Below are positions 28,501 through 36,823 of a DNA stretch of 63,108 nucleotides, in pieces. A model generated the notes under the pieces. It worked only from the letters and a program-made list of their open reading frames with translations. It was not told the origin of the DNA and did not search any database. Source of the stretch: a virus (Duplodnaviria > Caudoviricetes). The translations under genes were made by a program, and so were the position numbers. Each line of letters begins with the position of its first letter. Positions within the stretch are counted from its first letter, which is position 1. The stretch is taken from the IMG/VR virus record IMGVR_UViG_3300032322_001062, positions 1 through 63,108 of that record, one strand, 5' to 3'.

Positions 28501-29316
28501 ATGATCCCCTTCATCCTCAAGAGCGACTCCGTTGCCCTGTTCCCCGCTGGTAAGGACCCGATCCTTATCGACGTGGACCACTTCAACTTCGACATGGTTG
28601 TCGAGGCCATCCGCGCTGGCAAGTTCGAGGAGGCTGTCGAACTGGCCTCCGTTAAGAACTTCCTCGCCAAGGTGACCGGCGGCGCCGTCTCCATCACCGA
28701 GCAGGGCGTCGTCTATGGCGGCGAACCCCTGACCAACTACCTTGCCGACAAGATGATGATCTTCTTCAAGCAGGGGCTGCCCGTCGAACACTACTGCCAC
28801 TTCCTCTCGAACCTCATGGCCAACCCGTCCATGACGGCGCGCAAGGAACTCTACCTGTTCCTCGAGGCTGCCAACCTGCCGGTCACTGAGGACGGCTGCT
28901 TCCTCGCCTACAAGGCGGTGCGCTCCGACTACAAGGACATCCACTCGGGCAAGTTCGACAACTCGCCGGGCACCGTTCATCTGATGGCGCGCCATGACGT
29001 TGACGACAACCGCAACGTGACGTGCAGCTACGGCTTCCATGCTGCCGCCTACGAATACGCCAAGAACTTCATGCAGTCCGACGGCAAGATGGTCGCGGTT
29101 AAGATCAACCCGGCCCACGTGGTGTCGGTGCCCGCTGACTACGGCAACCAGAAGCTGCGCTGCTGCTCCTACACCGTCATGTTCGAGGTGCCGGGCGCCG
29201 CTGACATCTTCAAGAACAAGTCCTATATGGAGTCGGCCGGTGAGCCGCTGCCCGATGCCGAGGAGCGTTCCTACTTCTGGGGCGACGTCTTCGACGAGGA
29301 CGACGGCGACATCTAA
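28501..29316 (+). CDS. rIIB: RIIB-like protein
   Basis: NLMANPS..ARKELYLFL...TEDGCFLAYKAVR...CSYGFH...VVSVPADY..KLRCC. Confidence 0.9.
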   Translation: MIPFILKSDSVALFPAGKDPILIDVDHFNFDMVVEAIRAGKFEEAVELASVKNFLAKVTGGAVSITEQGVVYGGEPLTNYLADKMMIFFKQGLPVEHYCHFLSNLMANPSMTARKELYLFLEAANLPVTEDGCFLAYKAVRSDYKDIHSGKFDNSPGTVHLMARHDVDDNRNVTCSYGFHAAAYEYAKNFMQSDGKMVAVKINPAHVVSVPADYGNQKLRCCSYTVMFEVPGAADIFKNKSYMESAGEPLPDAEERSYFWGDVFDEDDGDI

Positions 29317-29328
29317 CGTCGCCTAGGT

Positions 29329-29355
29329 GGGGGAGGGCTTCGGCTCTCCCCCTTT
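29329..29355 (+). terminator. Intrinsic terminator after rIIB
   Basis: GGGGGAGGGC-TTCG-GCTCTCCCCC-TTT. Confidence 0.75.
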
Positions 29356-29377
29356 ACTGCTTCAATGGAGTTTGGAT

Positions 29378-29668
29378 ATGGCTGATGAACTTAGTGCATG
29401 TGATGCTGCTGCTCCTGCTGCTGCTTCTCCTTTAGAAAAGCTTACGCGCGCCCAGGTTTTTGCCCGTGATCCCGAGGCGCTGTCCGATACCGACCTCGCC
29501 TTCGCCATCGAGGAGCTTAAGAAGATCAACCTGCGGAACCGCAAGGCCCGTGCCGACGACGCCTTCCTTGCCGAAACCGCAACCAAGATGAAGAAGGCGA
29601 ACACCGCAACCCGCAAGAAGAAGGGAGCCGCCGTCATGGCCGCCGACATTTTGGACGTAAAGCTGTGA
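29378..29668 (+). CDS. Hypothetical protein
   Basis: GGAG RBS; VFARDPEALSD motif. Confidence 0.6.
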   Translation: MADELSACDAAAPAAASPLEKLTRAQVFARDPEALSDTDLAFAIEELKKINLRNRKARADDAFLAETATKMKKANTATRKKKGAAVMAADILDVKL

Positions 29669-30132
29669 CCGACACCAGCGACGAAGCCATCAATGCCATG
29701 AAGAAGTTTCTGACTGGCACGGGCGTCATCTATGCACAGGGCAATCTTTGGGCGTGGGATATTTCTTCCATGCTTTCCGCTCTGCGGGATGAGCGCAACG
29801 CCTTGCGGACTAAGGTCGCATGGTGGGAAGCGCAGAGCCGCGAAATGCTTGAGGCTGTCGAGAAGGCCGACTGGAACGAGGCGGCATTGCTAGACCGCAT
29901 CATCGTGTGGGATCGGTGGATCGAGAAGGGCATCGCACCAGAGGGGACTAAGGAAGCGCGCGACGCTGCGATGCAGATCATTATCGAGAGGGTTAATCGG
30001 CTGCGGGAGGCGCTGCGGGATATTGTCGAGGCTTGGGATTGGTGGCAGCGGGACACTGTCGACCGTTGTCAGTCTGTCCCCGGCGAGGCCATCGCACATG
30101 CCCGCGCAGCACTTGGGGAGGACCGCGAATGA
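29665..30132 (+). CDS. Hypothetical coiled-coil protein
   Basis: Translationally coupled at both ends. Confidence 0.55.
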   Translation: MTDTSDEAINAMKKFLTGTGVIYAQGNLWAWDISSMLSALRDERNALRTKVAWWEAQSREMLEAVEKADWNEAALLDRIIVWDRWIEKGIAPEGTKEARDAAMQIIIERVNRLREALRDIVEAWDWWQRDTVDRCQSVPGEAIAHARAALGEDRE

Positions 30133-31016
30133 AGCTGACGAATAAGAATGGGATGCCCGAGCCGCTGGTCGTGGCAGTGGGTAATGATTCCTATACGAAG
30201 GGCGATGCGGATATCTCGGTCACCGAGTTGCTGACGCCGCCTCAGTTGCGACAGCTTCGCATCAAGCATGACCATGAGCTTGAGGAGGATGTGACGGATA
30301 GGATGTGGTCCCTGCTTGGGCAGGGCGTCCATCATATCATCGAGCGGGCTGGCTTGGGTTTGCCTGCCTCGCTGAACGAGGCGACCGTCTACTCCGTCTA
30401 TGATGGGTGGAAGGTGAAGGGCCAGATCGATCACGTTGCCCTCGACAACGGCACGCTGTTCGACTTCAAGGTCACCTCAGTTGCCAAGGTGCGGGGCGGT
30501 ATCCCGGCCCGTGAGTGGGTGCAGCAGACCAACATCTACCGGCGCCTGCTGTCCCGTGAGAAGGGCTTGGAGATCGGGGGCATCGCAGTCATCGCCATCC
30601 TGCGTGACTGGTCCCGCAACCAGCTTGCCAGCAGCACTAACTATCCGCCTGCTCCTGCCATGCGTTTCGACATTCCGTTGTGGGATGCGGACGAAGCCGA
30701 TGCTTTCATTGCTAGGCGCATTGGTATGCATCAGACGGAGGTGCCCGATCCCTGCACCGAGGAAGAAGTTTGGGCGCGGCCCGAACGCTTCGCGGTGATG
30801 AAGGGCACCAACAAGCGTGCCATCCGCGTCTACGATAACGAGGAGGAAGCGCAGATGCTTGCCTCCGTTACCAAGGATGCGTATGTAGAAGTGCGCCCCG
30901 GCATGGCGGTTCGCTGCCAGTCGTGGTGCCCGGTGGCTAGGTTCTGCCCGCAGTGGCAGGCCGATCCCCGTCGCAAGATCAGCGAAGACATCATGGAGAC
31001 CATGTTCAATGCCTAA
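30129..31016 (+). CDS. Cas4-like PD-(D/E)XK exonuclease
   Basis: ISVTELL, GQGVH, GQID...DFKVTS, QTNIY, C-terminal RCQSWCPVARFCPQW. Confidence 0.8.
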   Translation: MKLTNKNGMPEPLVVAVGNDSYTKGDADISVTELLTPPQLRQLRIKHDHELEEDVTDRMWSLLGQGVHHIIERAGLGLPASLNEATVYSVYDGWKVKGQIDHVALDNGTLFDFKVTSVAKVRGGIPAREWVQQTNIYRRLLSREKGLEIGGIAVIAILRDWSRNQLASSTNYPPAPAMRFDIPLWDADEADAFIARRIGMHQTEVPDPCTEEEVWARPERFAVMKGTNKRAIRVYDNEEEAQMLASVTKDAYVEVRPGMAVRCQSWCPVARFCPQWQADPRRKISEDIMETMFNA

Positions 31017-31815
31017 GATCACCGCAACCACCCCGCCTCCCCGCATCCTCATCTGTGGCGAGCCTGCCTCCGGCAAGACCGGTGCGCTGGCCCAGCTTGC
31101 GAACGCCGGCTACCGGCTGATGATCCACGACTTCGACCAGAACACGCGGGTCATTTCGTCCTACCTCAACAGCAATGCGGCTGACGTTTACGTCTCGACC
31201 TACGCCGCAGCCAAGATCACCAGCACCAACCTGTTCTCCGGTGCGACGGGGCAGGCATCGAAGCAGGCGCTCGAAGAACTGCGGCGCTTCTGCAAGATGC
31301 TCGAACACTGGAAGGTGCCGGGCGGCGAGGACCTTGGCCCGTCGTCGGGCTGGACCGCAAAGGATGTGGTCATCATCGACAGCGGCACCTTCCTTGGCGA
31401 TCTGCTGCTGCTTGCCGCGCATGAGGACCCGGAGACGAAGCGTGATCTGCGCTCGCTCTACAACGTGGCTGGCCGCTACTACAGCGCCATCCTCGACCAC
31501 CTCACCGGCAACAAGATGGGAGCGTCCGTCATTGTGCTGACGCACATCATGCAGATCGGCGACAAGGACGATCAGGGCAAGATCATCAGCAACGCCCGTG
31601 ACATCCCGGTCGGCGTCGGCGAGAAGTTCTCGAAGAAGATGCAGACCTACTTCTCCGACATCTGGCACCTCGAAGTGGGGCGCGACGGCAAGCGCACCTT
31701 CAAGACGTCGGCCACCAACAAGGCCGCGCTGCGTTCCTCTGCGCCCAACGTCATCAAGGGTGTCGAGGAGTTCGACCTCGCCTCGATGATGAACCGTCTC
31801 ACCGGGAGCAAGTGA
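31009..31815 (+). CDS. Sak4-like AAA ATPase (recombinase)
   Basis: GEPASGKT, VIIDSGT, VLTH; lies between the exonuclease and SSB. Confidence 0.7.
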   Translation: MPKITATTPPPRILICGEPASGKTGALAQLANAGYRLMIHDFDQNTRVISSYLNSNAADVYVSTYAAAKITSTNLFSGATGQASKQALEELRRFCKMLEHWKVPGGEDLGPSSGWTAKDVVIIDSGTFLGDLLLLAAHEDPETKRDLRSLYNVAGRYYSAILDHLTGNKMGASVIVLTHIMQIGDKDDQGKIISNARDIPVGVGEKFSKKMQTYFSDIWHLEVGRDGKRTFKTSATNKAALRSSAPNVIKGVEEFDLASMMNRLTGSK

Positions 31816-31816
31816 C

Positions 31817-32044
31817 ATGCCGCACCTGATTCGCTTCAAGCGTAGGAAGAACATCGCTCGTGAGTATGCCTACATCTACGTCAATGTAGCAGTCATCCAT
31901 TCAGTCTTGCCCCATGAGGATGGGTCCTTGGTTTGTTATGGCAATACCGAGGAGGTTTATGTCGAACATAAGCCGGGCGATATCGTCCTTGCTATCGAAA
32001 GCGACGACGTTTCCGTCACTGATGGGCTGTCCGTCGGGGACTGA
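31817..32044 (+). CDS. Hypothetical protein
   Basis: GGAG RBS, 75 aa. Confidence 0.5.
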   Translation: MPHLIRFKRRKNIAREYAYIYVNVAVIHSVLPHEDGSLVCYGNTEEVYVEHKPGDIVLAIESDDVSVTDGLSVGD

Positions 32045-32065
32045 AAAAAAATTTCCGGGCAGGAC

Positions 32066-32094
32066 TTGACGGGGTGGCAGCCCGGATGTATATG
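32066..32094 (+). promoter_or_regulatory. Sigma70-like promoter for the SSB gene
   Basis: A-tract then TTGACG-N17-TATATG. Confidence 0.5.
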
Positions 32095-32134
32095 CCGCCT
32101 CGTCCTTAGCGGACACAACCTGTGGAGAACAGCT

Positions 32135-32593
32135 ATGGCTGACCTTTTTGATACCGTGATCGAGAACACCGCCTCTGAGCGCCCCGCCTTCCGTCAGGCG
32201 CCGGCCGGTGACTACATTGCCACTGTGCGTGCGGCCAAGATTGTGAAGGCCAACTCCGGCACGCAGGGCATCGAGCTTGAGTTCACGCTGCTCGACGCCA
32301 TGCACGATGGCGACATGACGGGCGTTGACCTGTCGAAGTGCCGCCTGCGTGATACGCAGTGGGTGTCTGAGAAGACGCTGCCGTATGTGCAGGAGCGCCT
32401 GTCTCGCATCGCCCCGGAAACGGTGGGCAACAGCATCCGCGATGCCCTCGACATCCTCCCGGGTAACGAGGTCGTCGTGAACCTGTCGCATGAGACTGCC
32501 AACCGTGATGGCACGCCGCTCAACACGCCGCGCCTCAAGGTCGACCGCTACTACTCGGTCGAGTGGTACATGGCCAACAAGAAGGCCGCCTAA
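32135..32593 (+). CDS. Single-stranded DNA-binding protein (DUF669-like)
   Basis: PAGDYIATV...SGTQGIELEF OB-fold pattern downstream of the Sak4-like gene. Confidence 0.65.
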   Translation: MADLFDTVIENTASERPAFRQAPAGDYIATVRAAKIVKANSGTQGIELEFTLLDAMHDGDMTGVDLSKCRLRDTQWVSEKTLPYVQERLSRIAPETVGNSIRDALDILPGNEVVVNLSHETANRDGTPLNTPRLKVDRYYSVEWYMANKKAA

Positions 32594-32630
32594 TCTAGCG
32601 GCGACTATGTTTCCTGTGGCATGAAACTCA

Positions 32631-32663
32631 AGGGGAGTGGGCAGCAGCCTGCTCCCCTCTTTT
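32631..32663 (+). terminator. Intrinsic terminator
   Basis: AGGGGAGTGGGC...GCCTGCTCCCCT-CTTTT. Confidence 0.7.
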
Positions 32664-32677
32664 CATTGGAGACAACG

Positions 32678-32926
32678 ATGCTTCCCCGCAAAACCCGCGA
32701 ACACCTCGAACCCGCGCTCCAATACCTCAAACAAGAAAACGTTCCTTACGATGTAATCCACGCCGGCAAGCACGGCTGCCTGACCACCCAGATCGGCGAC
32801 CGCACCGTCAAGTGGTTCTTCTCCATGTCGCCGTCCGACACGCGCTCTGCGCTCAACTTCAAGGCCAAGATCAAGCGCGCTGTTCAGCGTCACCGTGAAA
32901 ACATCAGCAGCAAGGAGACCGTATGA
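32678..32926 (+). CDS. HicA-fold-like small protein
   Basis: AGKH...SPSDTRSALNFKAKIKR pattern. Confidence 0.5.
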   Translation: MLPRKTREHLEPALQYLKQENVPYDVIHAGKHGCLTTQIGDRTVKWFFSMSPSDTRSALNFKAKIKRAVQRHRENISSKETV

Positions 32927-33492
32927 TGCGCGTCCTCGTCGCCTGCGAATACAGCGGCACCGTCCGCGATGCCTTCCGTGCCCTAGGACATGATGCCTGG
33001 TCTTGTGATCTTCTTCCTACTGAGAGCGCCGACACCGAGCATCACTATCAGGGCAACGTCCTCGACGTCATCGCCGAGGAAGAGTGGGATCTGATGATCG
33101 CCCATCCGCCCTGCACCCACCTCGCCGTCTCCGGCGCCCGCTGGTTCAAGGACAAGCTGTTCGAGCAGGGCGAGGCCCTCGACTTCGTTCGCGCTCTGAT
33201 GGCTGCGCCGATCCCTTGCATCGCCATCGAGAATCCGATCAGCATCATCAGCAGCCGCATCCGCAAGCCCGATCAGATCATCCAGCCTTGGCAGTTTGGT
33301 CACGGCGAAACCAAGGCAACGTGTCTGTGGCTGAAGAACCTGCCGCTGCTCAAGCCCACCAACATTGTCGAAGGGCGTGAGGCTCGCATCCACAAGATGC
33401 CGCCCTCGAAGGATCGGTGGAAGCTGCGTAGCACCACCTACACCGGCATCGCAGCGGCGATGGCAGAGCAGTGGGGCGGTCATGCAGATTGA
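32923..33492 (+). CDS. DNA cytosine-5 methyltransferase-like protein
   Basis: VLVACEYSG, WSCDLLP, HPPC, IENP, RSTTYTGIAAAMAEQW. Confidence 0.8.
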   Translation: MMRVLVACEYSGTVRDAFRALGHDAWSCDLLPTESADTEHHYQGNVLDVIAEEEWDLMIAHPPCTHLAVSGARWFKDKLFEQGEALDFVRALMAAPIPCIAIENPISIISSRIRKPDQIIQPWQFGHGETKATCLWLKNLPLLKPTNIVEGREARIHKMPPSKDRWKLRSTTYTGIAAAMAEQWGGHAD

Positions 33493-33706
33493 TGTCTATG
33501 CCACTGACACGGTGCCGGCGCACGACCTCCGTCGCCGCATCACCAACGAACTGGCGGCGGCTGGCGAACTCACCACTGAGATCATCGCGCGTGGCGGCTG
33601 GTGGTATGTAGTCAACGGGGTGGGCGGGGCATGTCACGGCGTGCCCTACCGCACCGCTTCCGCTGCATCGACCGCTTATGAAGCGGCACTCAAGGAGCGC
33701 AGCTAG
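33482..33706 (+). CDS. Hypothetical protein
   Basis: In the operon. Confidence 0.45.
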   Translation: MQIDVYATDTVPAHDLRRRITNELAAAGELTTEIIARGGWWYVVNGVGGACHGVPYRTASAASTAYEAALKERS

Positions 33707-33958
33707 ATGTATGTCCTGCTGATCCTGCTGGCAGGCAACGTGGCCGGGGTGTTGCCGCAAGTAACGTGGCACCTCGATCTTCAGTCCTGTCAGAACGCCT
33801 CCATGTTGGAGCATCGCCGCATCTTGGCACGCGGCGCCCGCGTCGAGCATATGTCTTGCTCGCGTGCAGAATTGCCTCGCCTTCCCGCACTCGGCGCTGA
33901 ATTTGTAGATTGCACTGGGCGCGGCGAAGCGTTACAATGTCCCGTCTTTCCTCGCTAG
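33707..33958 (+). CDS. Hypothetical protein with a hydrophobic N-terminus
   Basis: AAGGAG RBS; MYVLLILLAG. Confidence 0.5.
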   Translation: MYVLLILLAGNVAGVLPQVTWHLDLQSCQNASMLEHRRILARGARVEHMSCSRAELPRLPALGAEFVDCTGRGEALQCPVFPR

Positions 33959-34112
33959 GAACTGTCATGGACAATCATTGCTTTTGTGATCCGCACGGCG
34001 ACAACGCCACCTGCGACCGGCCTTGTGCCCGCACCGCAGAAGAACGCCGGTTAGAAGCCAAGGCCATCGTGGCTGCGGCCCGCCGTGCCCGCCTCGAAAA
34101 GGAAAGCAAGGA

Positions 34113-34400
34113 ATGACCACTGAGGAATGGGCCGATGAAATCTACGAGGCCACTGGCATGGTCCTGAGTGACAATCAGATCGCTGACTTTGTTGCGCTGA
34201 TCAACGAGCATGCAGCAGTGGCGCGTGATGCAGCGTTCAACAGGGCGGCAGAGGCGCTTGACCTCATGTCCAAGGGTCTGCGCAACGAGCTTGACCATGC
34301 CCCGACTTTCGACGTGGAAAACTATCTCGCGGCTGCGATCTTGGCAGTAAACAGGTGCGCTGTCCTTGTGCGTGAACTGAAGGACGAGCGCCATGACTGA
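34113..34400 (+). CDS. Hypothetical protein
   Basis: ATGA coupling with the upstream small ORF 33967..34116. Confidence 0.55.
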   Translation: MTTEEWADEIYEATGMVLSDNQIADFVALINEHAAVARDAAFNRAAEALDLMSKGLRNELDHAPTFDVENYLAAAILAVNRCAVLVRELKDERHD

Positions 34401-34740
34401 TATCGTTGAGCGGCTGCGCAATCGTGGACAGGCGGTTCACGGTGAGAGGAAGCCTGACTCAATTTATGAAGTCGTCGCTGACGAGATTGAGTGGCTGCGC
34501 GGTGAGAGGCAGCGCCTTGCTGACGAGCTTGGCAAGGCGCACCTCGATATCCTGCCGTGGATTGAGCAGGTGGGTTACCTGAACGGCGAGTGGAACCTGC
34601 TTGTGGCTGCCTTGAAGCAGGCGGCTGACGGGCTGCGTGAGGTCGGTGCGATCCACGCGGCAGATGGTATTGACGCAATGTTGAAGGAGCGCGAACTGTG
34701 GAGCAAGGCCGTCTTCTTACCGGCTACGAAGCCGACCTGA
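34393..34740 (+). CDS. Hypothetical protein (MTDIVERLR type)
   Basis: MTDIVERLR...ADEIEWLR phage motif. Confidence 0.6.
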   Translation: MTDIVERLRNRGQAVHGERKPDSIYEVVADEIEWLRGERQRLADELGKAHLDILPWIEQVGYLNGEWNLLVAALKQAADGLREVGAIHAADGIDAMLKERELWSKAVFLPATKPT

Positions 34741-34763
34741 GTGTTAGGCAGCGGAGGCACACC

Positions 34764-34982
34764 ATGAGCGACTACGATCCGGTGAACAAGCCGGTCCACT
34801 ACAATTCGCACCCGTCGGGTATCGAGTGCATCCAGATCACCGAGTATATGTCGTTTTGTCTGGGCAACGCCATCAAGTATGTGTGGCGCGCAGATCTCAA
34901 GGGAGGCATCGAGGATTTGGAGAAGGCGCGCTGGTACATCGACCGTGAAATCCAGCGCCGCAAGGTGAACAGCAATGGCTAA
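34764..34982 (+). CDS. DUF3310 / T7 gp1.7-like protein
   Basis: DPVNKPVHY..IECI...FCLGNAIKYVWRA..KGGIEDLEKARWY. Confidence 0.85.
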   Translation: MSDYDPVNKPVHYNSHPSGIECIQITEYMSFCLGNAIKYVWRADLKGGIEDLEKARWYIDREIQRRKVNSNG

Positions 34983-35268
34983 CAACACTGCGACCGTCTT
35001 GTCAGTTGACGAGGACTTCATCAAGATCTCACTTGATGACGAGACTGCCGACATGATCTTGTGTCAGTTGCTTCGGCATCAGGCGCAGGTTATCTTCAAG
35101 TGCATGCAACAGTCGGTGACTGAGATCTACGAGGACTATAGCCAGACGTATCTGTGGGAGGATTTGCAGCGCGCTATGAAGCATATCGAGGCGATCAACG
35201 TGCTGCTCGATTATTATGGCCAGCCGATGATTGACCTTCCCGCTGAAATGGAGAGGCGCTCAAAGTGA
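34975..35268 (+). CDS. Hypothetical protein
   Basis: Overlapping starts and stops in the operon. Confidence 0.6.
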   Translation: MANNTATVLSVDEDFIKISLDDETADMILCQLLRHQAQVIFKCMQQSVTEIYEDYSQTYLWEDLQRAMKHIEAINVLLDYYGQPMIDLPAEMERRSK

Positions 35269-36209
35269 AGCTGGCGCTGGTTGTTGACTGGCCTGCGATT
35301 GACGCAGCGCCGGGCCAGCCCTTCTCCGAGTGGGAGTGGCAGGTCATCAAGGAGTTGATGGAGGCGGCCGGCTTCAAGCCGACCGTCATCCACACTGCCT
35401 TCCGCGCTTACGTCGCCAAGTGGCACACCCTCTTTGCGGGTAGCAAGCCGGGCGGTGAGTTGGCGTCTACGGCTAAGGAAGATCAGGCCAAGCTGGTCGA
35501 GAAGCTGAAGGGCTTCGACATCGCGTTGACGATGGGGCAGCACGCCATGTTCTGCCTGACTGGCGAGACCAAGATCGACACCTTCCGGGGCACCCACATC
35601 GACAGTCCCTTCGTCGAGGGGTTGCAGGTGGTGCCGACCTACGCACCCAACATCTTCGCCCGCATGGCGTGGAACGAGCGGCCCGTTGTGGTGTCGGCGA
35701 TGCGTAAGGCGCGCAAGCGTTTCGAGGACAGGCCGCGCACGGTCTACATCCCCGAGACGGTCGCCGACCTCTACGAGTTCTCGACCAAGCACATTGGTAA
35801 CGAGATCGTGTTCGACGTCGAAACCAACAAGTCGTGCCGCATCACTGAGTTCTCGGCGGCAACCTCGTCAGGCTGCTGCCTCTACGTCCACCTTGAAGAT
35901 CGCAACTACAGGTCGGTGTGGTCGGAGGCTGACGAGTTGGACATCTGGTTGTGGCTGCGGTTCTTGGCCAGCCGCCACGATCTGGCGTGGGGTTTTCATA
36001 ACGCCACCTATGACTTGACTTACCTCGATGCCTACGGTATACGACCGCGTGGCCCGATCTTCGACACGATGCTTCGTCACCACGCATGGCAGCCGGAATG
36101 GGAAAAGAGCTTGGGCTTCCTCGCTTCCCTCCACATTCCGACCCGTGCATGGAAGCATCTGCGGACCAAGGCCAAGAAGGACTTCAACAAGGGCGGCTCA
36201 GTCGACTGA
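35265..36209 (+). CDS. DNA polymerase N-terminal part: degenerate UDG-like domain plus 3'-5' exonuclease ExoI/ExoII
   Basis: GQPF..., TMGQHA, VVPTYAP (UDG4-like); VFDVET, FHNATYD, FDTML, SLGFLAS. Confidence 0.75.
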   Translation: MKLALVVDWPAIDAAPGQPFSEWEWQVIKELMEAAGFKPTVIHTAFRAYVAKWHTLFAGSKPGGELASTAKEDQAKLVEKLKGFDIALTMGQHAMFCLTGETKIDTFRGTHIDSPFVEGLQVVPTYAPNIFARMAWNERPVVVSAMRKARKRFEDRPRTVYIPETVADLYEFSTKHIGNEIVFDVETNKSCRITEFSAATSSGCCLYVHLEDRNYRSVWSEADELDIWLWLRFLASRHDLAWGFHNATYDLTYLDAYGIRPRGPIFDTMLRHHAWQPEWEKSLGFLASLHIPTRAWKHLRTKAKKDFNKGGSVD

Positions 36210-36231
36210 CGCCCCAACGCAGGAGAGAGTA

Positions 36232-36489
36232 ATGGCTGAAGTTGCGGTTTCATTCCGCGTCGATTTCGAGGCTGACGGCCTTACGGTCAAGGCCCGCCAC
36301 AAGATGCATGAGGTTCTGATGGAGTGGCTGCGCGAAACTACGCGCAACGGCAACACTGGTAAGCTGCACAAGGACCTTGAAGCAGCAGCCGGCATGCCTG
36401 TGCCGGAGTTCCGTCTGTTCGTCATCGACGATCTGACTACCTCGCGTGACGATTATCGCTACGAGCGGGTGTTGGAAGCGGCGCGCTAA
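36232..36489 (+). CDS. Hypothetical protein between the polymerase halves
   Basis: AGGAG RBS. Confidence 0.6.
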   Translation: MAEVAVSFRVDFEADGLTVKARHKMHEVLMEWLRETTRNGNTGKLHKDLEAAAGMPVPEFRLFVIDDLTTSRDDYRYERVLEAAR

Positions 36490-36490
36490 C

Positions 36491-36823
36491 ATGAATGACG
36501 ACGATGCTGCGATCCGCCGGCTTTGGGCCAGCGTAATTATTCAGGCCCTGATCGACGCCACGTCTGAGCCGAAGACCCCGCAGGGGGTTGTGCATAAGAA
36601 GCAGGCACAGGCGTGGATCACGGCGGAGTTTGGCACGACTGCCCAGAACTTTGAGGGCATCTGCCTTGCTGCCAGCATCGAGCCTGTCAGGGTGCGGACC
36701 TTCATCAAGAACTATGATGGGCCGCCCTTGACGCTTCACATCATGTCCCGTATGCGGGATTCGTTTCTCAAGGGGGACAGTGGTGAAGACTCTTCAGTTG
36801 CAGAACCTGACGATCACGCCTGA
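36491..36823 (+). CDS. Phage protein between the polymerase halves
   Basis: RRLWASVIIQALIDA...AWI...NFEGICLAASIEP motif. Confidence 0.65.
   Translation: MNDDDAAIRRLWASVIIQALIDATSEPKTPQGVVHKKQAQAWITAEFGTTAQNFEGICLAASIEPVRVRTFIKNYDGPPLTLHIMSRMRDSFLKGDSGEDSSVAEPDDHA

Noticed and set aside
30129-31016. CRISPR-Cas system (Cas4-like gene)
   Set aside because: No repeat-spacer array or other cas genes seen; the context is an exonuclease-Sak4-SSB recombination module.
36210-36780. Group I intron or intein interrupting polA
   Set aside because: The gap is filled by two ordinary ORFs; I see no intron core elements, homing nuclease or intein motifs.
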